A stretch of DNA of 63,901 bases, counting the filler, from Olpidium bornovanus S191 (lineage: Eukaryota > Fungi > Olpidiomycota), in NCBI GenBank assembly GCA_017911155.1. It is 31 parts of 31 records of this genome, joined end to end, with 100 filler letters (N's around TTAATTAATTAA, not from the genome) between each part and the next. Parts side by side here need not be neighbours in the genome. Positions count along the whole stretch, not along the records: positions 59,749 to 61,423 come from JAEFCI010011628.1; positions 61,524 to 62,745 come from JAEFCI010009983.1; positions 62,846 to 63,901 come from JAEFCI010003603.1; 28 more parts are not named here. One strand, written 5' to 3'. Every line of letters begins with the position of its first letter. Within the stretch, counting starts at the first letter, position 1. The position numbers and the translations under genes are program-made. Below the pieces are notes generated by a model. It saw only the letters and a list, made by a program, of their open reading frames with translations. It ran no database searches and was not told the DNA's origin. Below are positions 60,583 to 63,901 of this stretch, piece by piece.

Positions 60583-60616
<34 letters not shown>

Positions 60617-61146
60617 GCACCATTTTTTTTTTTTTTGCTGTTGTCTTTTTGGAGCCGGGGGGATGCTCAGCTCAACACCGCCCCGGGCGCAAACCAGGCC
60701 TCCTGTTCAGCAGCGGCCGCGACGGCAACGGACTGCGCCTGTCGTCGTTCAGCGAAGACCGAACAGTCGCCGAGTACGATCTCAAGTCGTCCACCGTGTC
60801 GGAAGGCGTCAAACTCAAGGTCGGCGCTCGTTTCTCAGTTATTTTTTTTTATATATATAAAGAAAAGGAATGGTCGGTCCAAAAGAAATCTCGCACGCCT
60901 TTTTTGCCCACCACACCTCTTATCCTCCTCCTCCTCCTCCCCCGCCCCGCTTTCTCCGCGCGCGCAGTCTCAAAAGCAGCTGGAGCAGACCGCGCGGCCG
61001 CTGGCCTTCTGCGTGCACCCCGACCTGGCGAACGAGGACTTCGTCCTCTTCGCGAACTCCGCCGCAAAGTTCCGGCTGCACAACTCGTCCACGTTCCTGT
61101 GCCGCCGCACGCTGCTGGCGCCCTACTACGGCGGGGAGATCCACAG
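59940..61146 (+). CDS. CFAP251: CFAP251/WDR66 flagellar WD40 protein, internal fragment
   Basis: Exons 59940-59992, 60164-60380, 60698-60819, 60968-61146 give GTVKILHAKSL|...DHLATADAGFAV...GRYQAHTKPVI|GLLF...SEDRTVAEYDL|EQTARP...EDFVLFANSAAKFRLHNSSTFLCRRTLLAPYYG, matching WDR66. Confidence 0.9.
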
Positions 61147-61634
61147 GTGCGGGGTTTTGGTTTTTTTTTTTCTTTTTTTTTTTTTTTGCGTTGAACGGGG
61201 GTGTGCGCGGATGTGTGTGTGCGTGTGTGTGTGTGGGGGGGGGGGGGGGGGAGGGATCGCCGTTGCCGAAACCTTCCATGGCTGACGACGACGTTCAGGC
61301 TGTGCGTTCGCCTATTTCGTCCCCCCCCCTCACTTCCCCTTCCGCCGTTCGCTTGATCCGGCGGGGACGCCGGACGATCCCGCCCACCTATTGTGTTCCT
61401 TCCGCTTTGTTCCCCCCCCCCCANNNNNNNNNNNNNNNNNNNNNNNNNNNNNNNNNNNNNNNNNNNNTTAATTAATTAANNNNNNNNNNNNNNNNNNNNN
61501 NNNNNNNNNNNNNNNNNNNNNNNAGGTCGAGGCAGGGAGGAGGAGAACAAGGCAGGGAGGAGGACGAGGCAGAGAGGAGAACGATAGAAGGAGCAGAGAG
61601 AACGGAGACGACGAACAGCGGCGGTGGAGGAACC

Positions 61635-61666
<32 letters not shown>

Positions 61667-62109
61667 TTTCCCCCCCCCCCCCCCTTCCCCCCCCCCCACC
61701 CCCGCTGCGGCCCCGCTACACCGGCGCATGCGCTGGACGGAGGACGACGCCCGCCGCGGCACGCCGCGCCGCGCCCTCTTGCCACTGTTCGCCGGAAGTC
61801 CACCCTTCCCCTTTTCCCGGGGTTCTTGTTGCTGCTGGCGCCAAAAACAAAAAAAAAAAAAAAAAAAAAAACCAAACAAGTGCGGCGCCCGCCACTGCTA
61901 AGGGAGCCGTGCCTCGGGGTGTGGCCCAGCACAAGGTGCCGGCCCGTTGGGAGCGCCTAGACTACGCCCCAGTCGCTGGCATACGGCCGGTTGCCCGCGG
62001 ACACCATTCCGCCCCCGCGAAGCGTGCGGTGACTGTTTTACACCTGTGGGCTGCAAAGAGGGTCCGTTTGCGGCACCGCCTATCTCGCCTTTCCCCCCCT
62101 CCCCCACCT

Positions 62110-62255
62110 TCCTCCTTCTGGCTCGAAGAAAAACACGAATGCCGCCGGGTTAAGCTGCGTGCCGGGACCCTCGGGTAAGGCGTCCTCCTTCTGGCTCGAA
62201 GAAAAACACGAATGCCGCCTGGTTAAGCTGCGTGCCGGGACCCTCGGGTAAGGCG
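62110..62255 (+). repeat. 73-bp tandem duplication (1 mismatch)
   Basis: TCCTCCTTCTGGCTCGAAG...CCCTCGGGTAAGGCG at 62110-62182 and 62183-62255. Confidence 0.95.
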
Positions 62256-62845
62256 CCTGTGCCGATTGCGACAGGTAACCATAACCAGGGTGTTGCTACG
62301 GCCCGTTGAAGGAAGGGGAAAGGCAGAGAACTGGGAACGCTCCGAACTGGTTGACGCTGCAGGTTTACCTCCTCTCCTCTAACGAATGAGCTGCGATGGC
62401 AAAGGGCTGCTGGCCTTCATCTGGAAATGTGTTCGTCTTTGGACTTCGTTGCAAGCGCGTCGGCCGGAGGGCAAAAATTAAAAAGACAACTCCGGTGTTT
62501 CTTTGGTCAGGCGACGAGGCTTTTTTGCATGAATAGACTTGACTTTGCACGGCAGGCAGCTTCGGGAATAAGTTGAAAAGATAGGAGCGGGGCCGGAAAA
62601 GAAGGAAAATAAGGAGCTGATGTGGGGCAAAGACATGGCGGGCTGACAAGATGACCAGCCAGTGGCGAAGCCCAATTCAGGCATTATTTGCGGCGGACAC
62701 GAAAGACTTCGGAAACTTTTTTTTCCCGTTTTTTGCAAGTGGAGGNNNNNNNNNNNNNNNNNNNNNNNNNNNNNNNNNNNNNNNNNNNNTTAATTAATTA
62801 ANNNNNNNNNNNNNNNNNNNNNNNNNNNNNNNNNNNNNNNNNNNN

Positions 62846-63319
62846 TTATTGCAGGAAGCTATTCTCGGCGCCGGCGAGGAGTGGAGCCAACATAGGAAGC
62901 TCATCCCCACGTCGAAGGAGCGAAACATCCGCAAGTCTCTGACCAAACACCTACCGTACTTCCATGTGTGGACGGGCCTCGACAAGGGGTACGGAACGGT
63001 CATCGAAGATTCGAGTTTTCCGGCGACGTTCGGCGCAGTACGTGCGGCCCTCTGCCCTTTGTTTTCTTGTTCAACCCAACCACCGCCCTCACCCCCTTTT
63101 TTTTGTTTGGCGAATTCGGAATTTGCTTTTGCTTACGGTTCTTTGTTCCGCCGGCCGCTATCTGCCTCCCCGAAGGAAGTTGTTGGAGGCATGTGCGACC
63201 TTCCGCCCAATCTCTGGAGAAAGCCGCGGAGATACGACTTCAGGGAGAACGCCGGGCGGGTGCGCGAGTTCAGGAAGATGTGGGAGAAGTGGGACTGGAC
63301 GGCGGCCCTCCTGGGGTGA
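62846..63319 (+). CDS. CWF19L2: Cwf19/CWF19L2 C-terminus
   Basis: EAIL...EEWSQHRKLI...LPYFHVWTGLDKGYGTVIED...FPATFGA, intron 63038-63175, then EVVGGMCDLPPNLWRKP...RVREFRKMWEKWDWT...*, the CwfJ C-terminal motifs. Confidence 0.94.
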   Translation, partial: LLQEAILGAGEEWSQHRKLIPTSKERNIRKSLTKHLPYFHVWTGLDKGYGTVIEDSSFPATFGAVRAALCPLFSCSTQPPPSPPFFCLANSEFAFAYGSLFRRPLSASPKEVVGGMCDLPPNLWRKPRRYDFRENAGRVREFRKMWEKWDWTAALLG

Positions 63320-63859
63320 GGGCGGTTACTATATACCAAAGGGAGCTAATGAAGATGCTGCCCGAAATGCGTCCGCGCGAAGATTGTAAAAGTGCTTATA
63401 CGTCACTTGACGTATCGAGTCTGCTGTTTTCGCTGTCGCGCAAAATACACCGCATTTGAACCCGTCTGAAAAGTTCATCAAGGTTTGCCACAGAGTTTAC
63501 CCTGCTCTGCCTGCCCCAATTGCCGTTCTGTTTGTCTCGAATGCGTTATCAATCACGCCGAATTGACAATGATTATATGACGCGTTCCGGTGTGTGTTTT
63601 GCGGGGGAGGCCCGAAAAGACCCCCCGTTAGCGAGGTCACATCCTTTACACTAGTAAAAGAGTCGGACACCCCCCTCCCCCCCCCCCTCCCCCCTTCCGC
63701 CTGAGGGGAAGTAAATTGTAACGAAACGAATTGTAATCGCGTCAAGGGGAAACTGACAGGGGGAGTAGGAGAGAGAACGATGGGGCGCAAAAAGACGAAT
63801 ATACGCGCGCCTTTCCGGTGTGACGAAGCGGTGCCGCCGTGAAGGAGAGAGAGCGTCGC

Positions 63860-63901
<42 letters not shown>

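Noticed and set aside
18083-63319. Functional clusters, such as flagellar genes or splicing genes BUD31 and CWF19L2
   Set aside because: The genes lie on separate contigs joined artificially, so there is no linkage evidence.
63860-63901. Terminal A run as a poly(A) tail, retrocopy or telomere
   Set aside because: Genomic A runs of similar or greater length are common in this window (for example 25648-25735), and the nearby genes contain introns.

Overview
This is not one contiguous locus. It is an artificial concatenation of 31 short contigs (about 1-4 kb each) joined by 30 identical 100-nt spacers (N44-TTAATTAATTAA-N44, stops in all six frames), so neighbourhood across spacers carries no biological meaning. 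The DNA is from a GC-rich, intron-rich eukaryote with long homopolymer tracts. Fungal-type genes (Bem3-like PX-PH-RhoGAP, secreted Cu-only SOD, cytochrome b5-fused acyl-CoA dehydrogenase) occur with flagellar genes (DNAH6-like dynein, CFAP251), which points to a zoosporic fungus. The fragmented, homopolymer-rich style recalls Olpidium, but that is inference only. By manual splicing I recognise mostly partial genes for NOC3, FANCJ/BRIP1, PP4R3/PSY2, DNAH6, an LRWD1/ORCA-like WD40, a SOD5-like enzyme, BUD31 (complete), BEM3, b5-ACAD, a MATE transporter, ACOT13, an ankyrin protein, YPT7/RAB7, CFAP251 and CWF19L2. There is also a tRNA-Gly(CCC), decayed Ty3/gypsy-like and copia relics, and several minisatellites. 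No CRISPR array or multi-gene system is supportable. The best novelty candidates are an unrecognised CxCxxC-PAGYxSWxEWS repeat protein, a FANCJ with an extra C-terminal CxxC...CxxC module in a poly-G-rich assembly, an ORCA-like WD40 in a fungus, and frequent AAG 3' splice sites.
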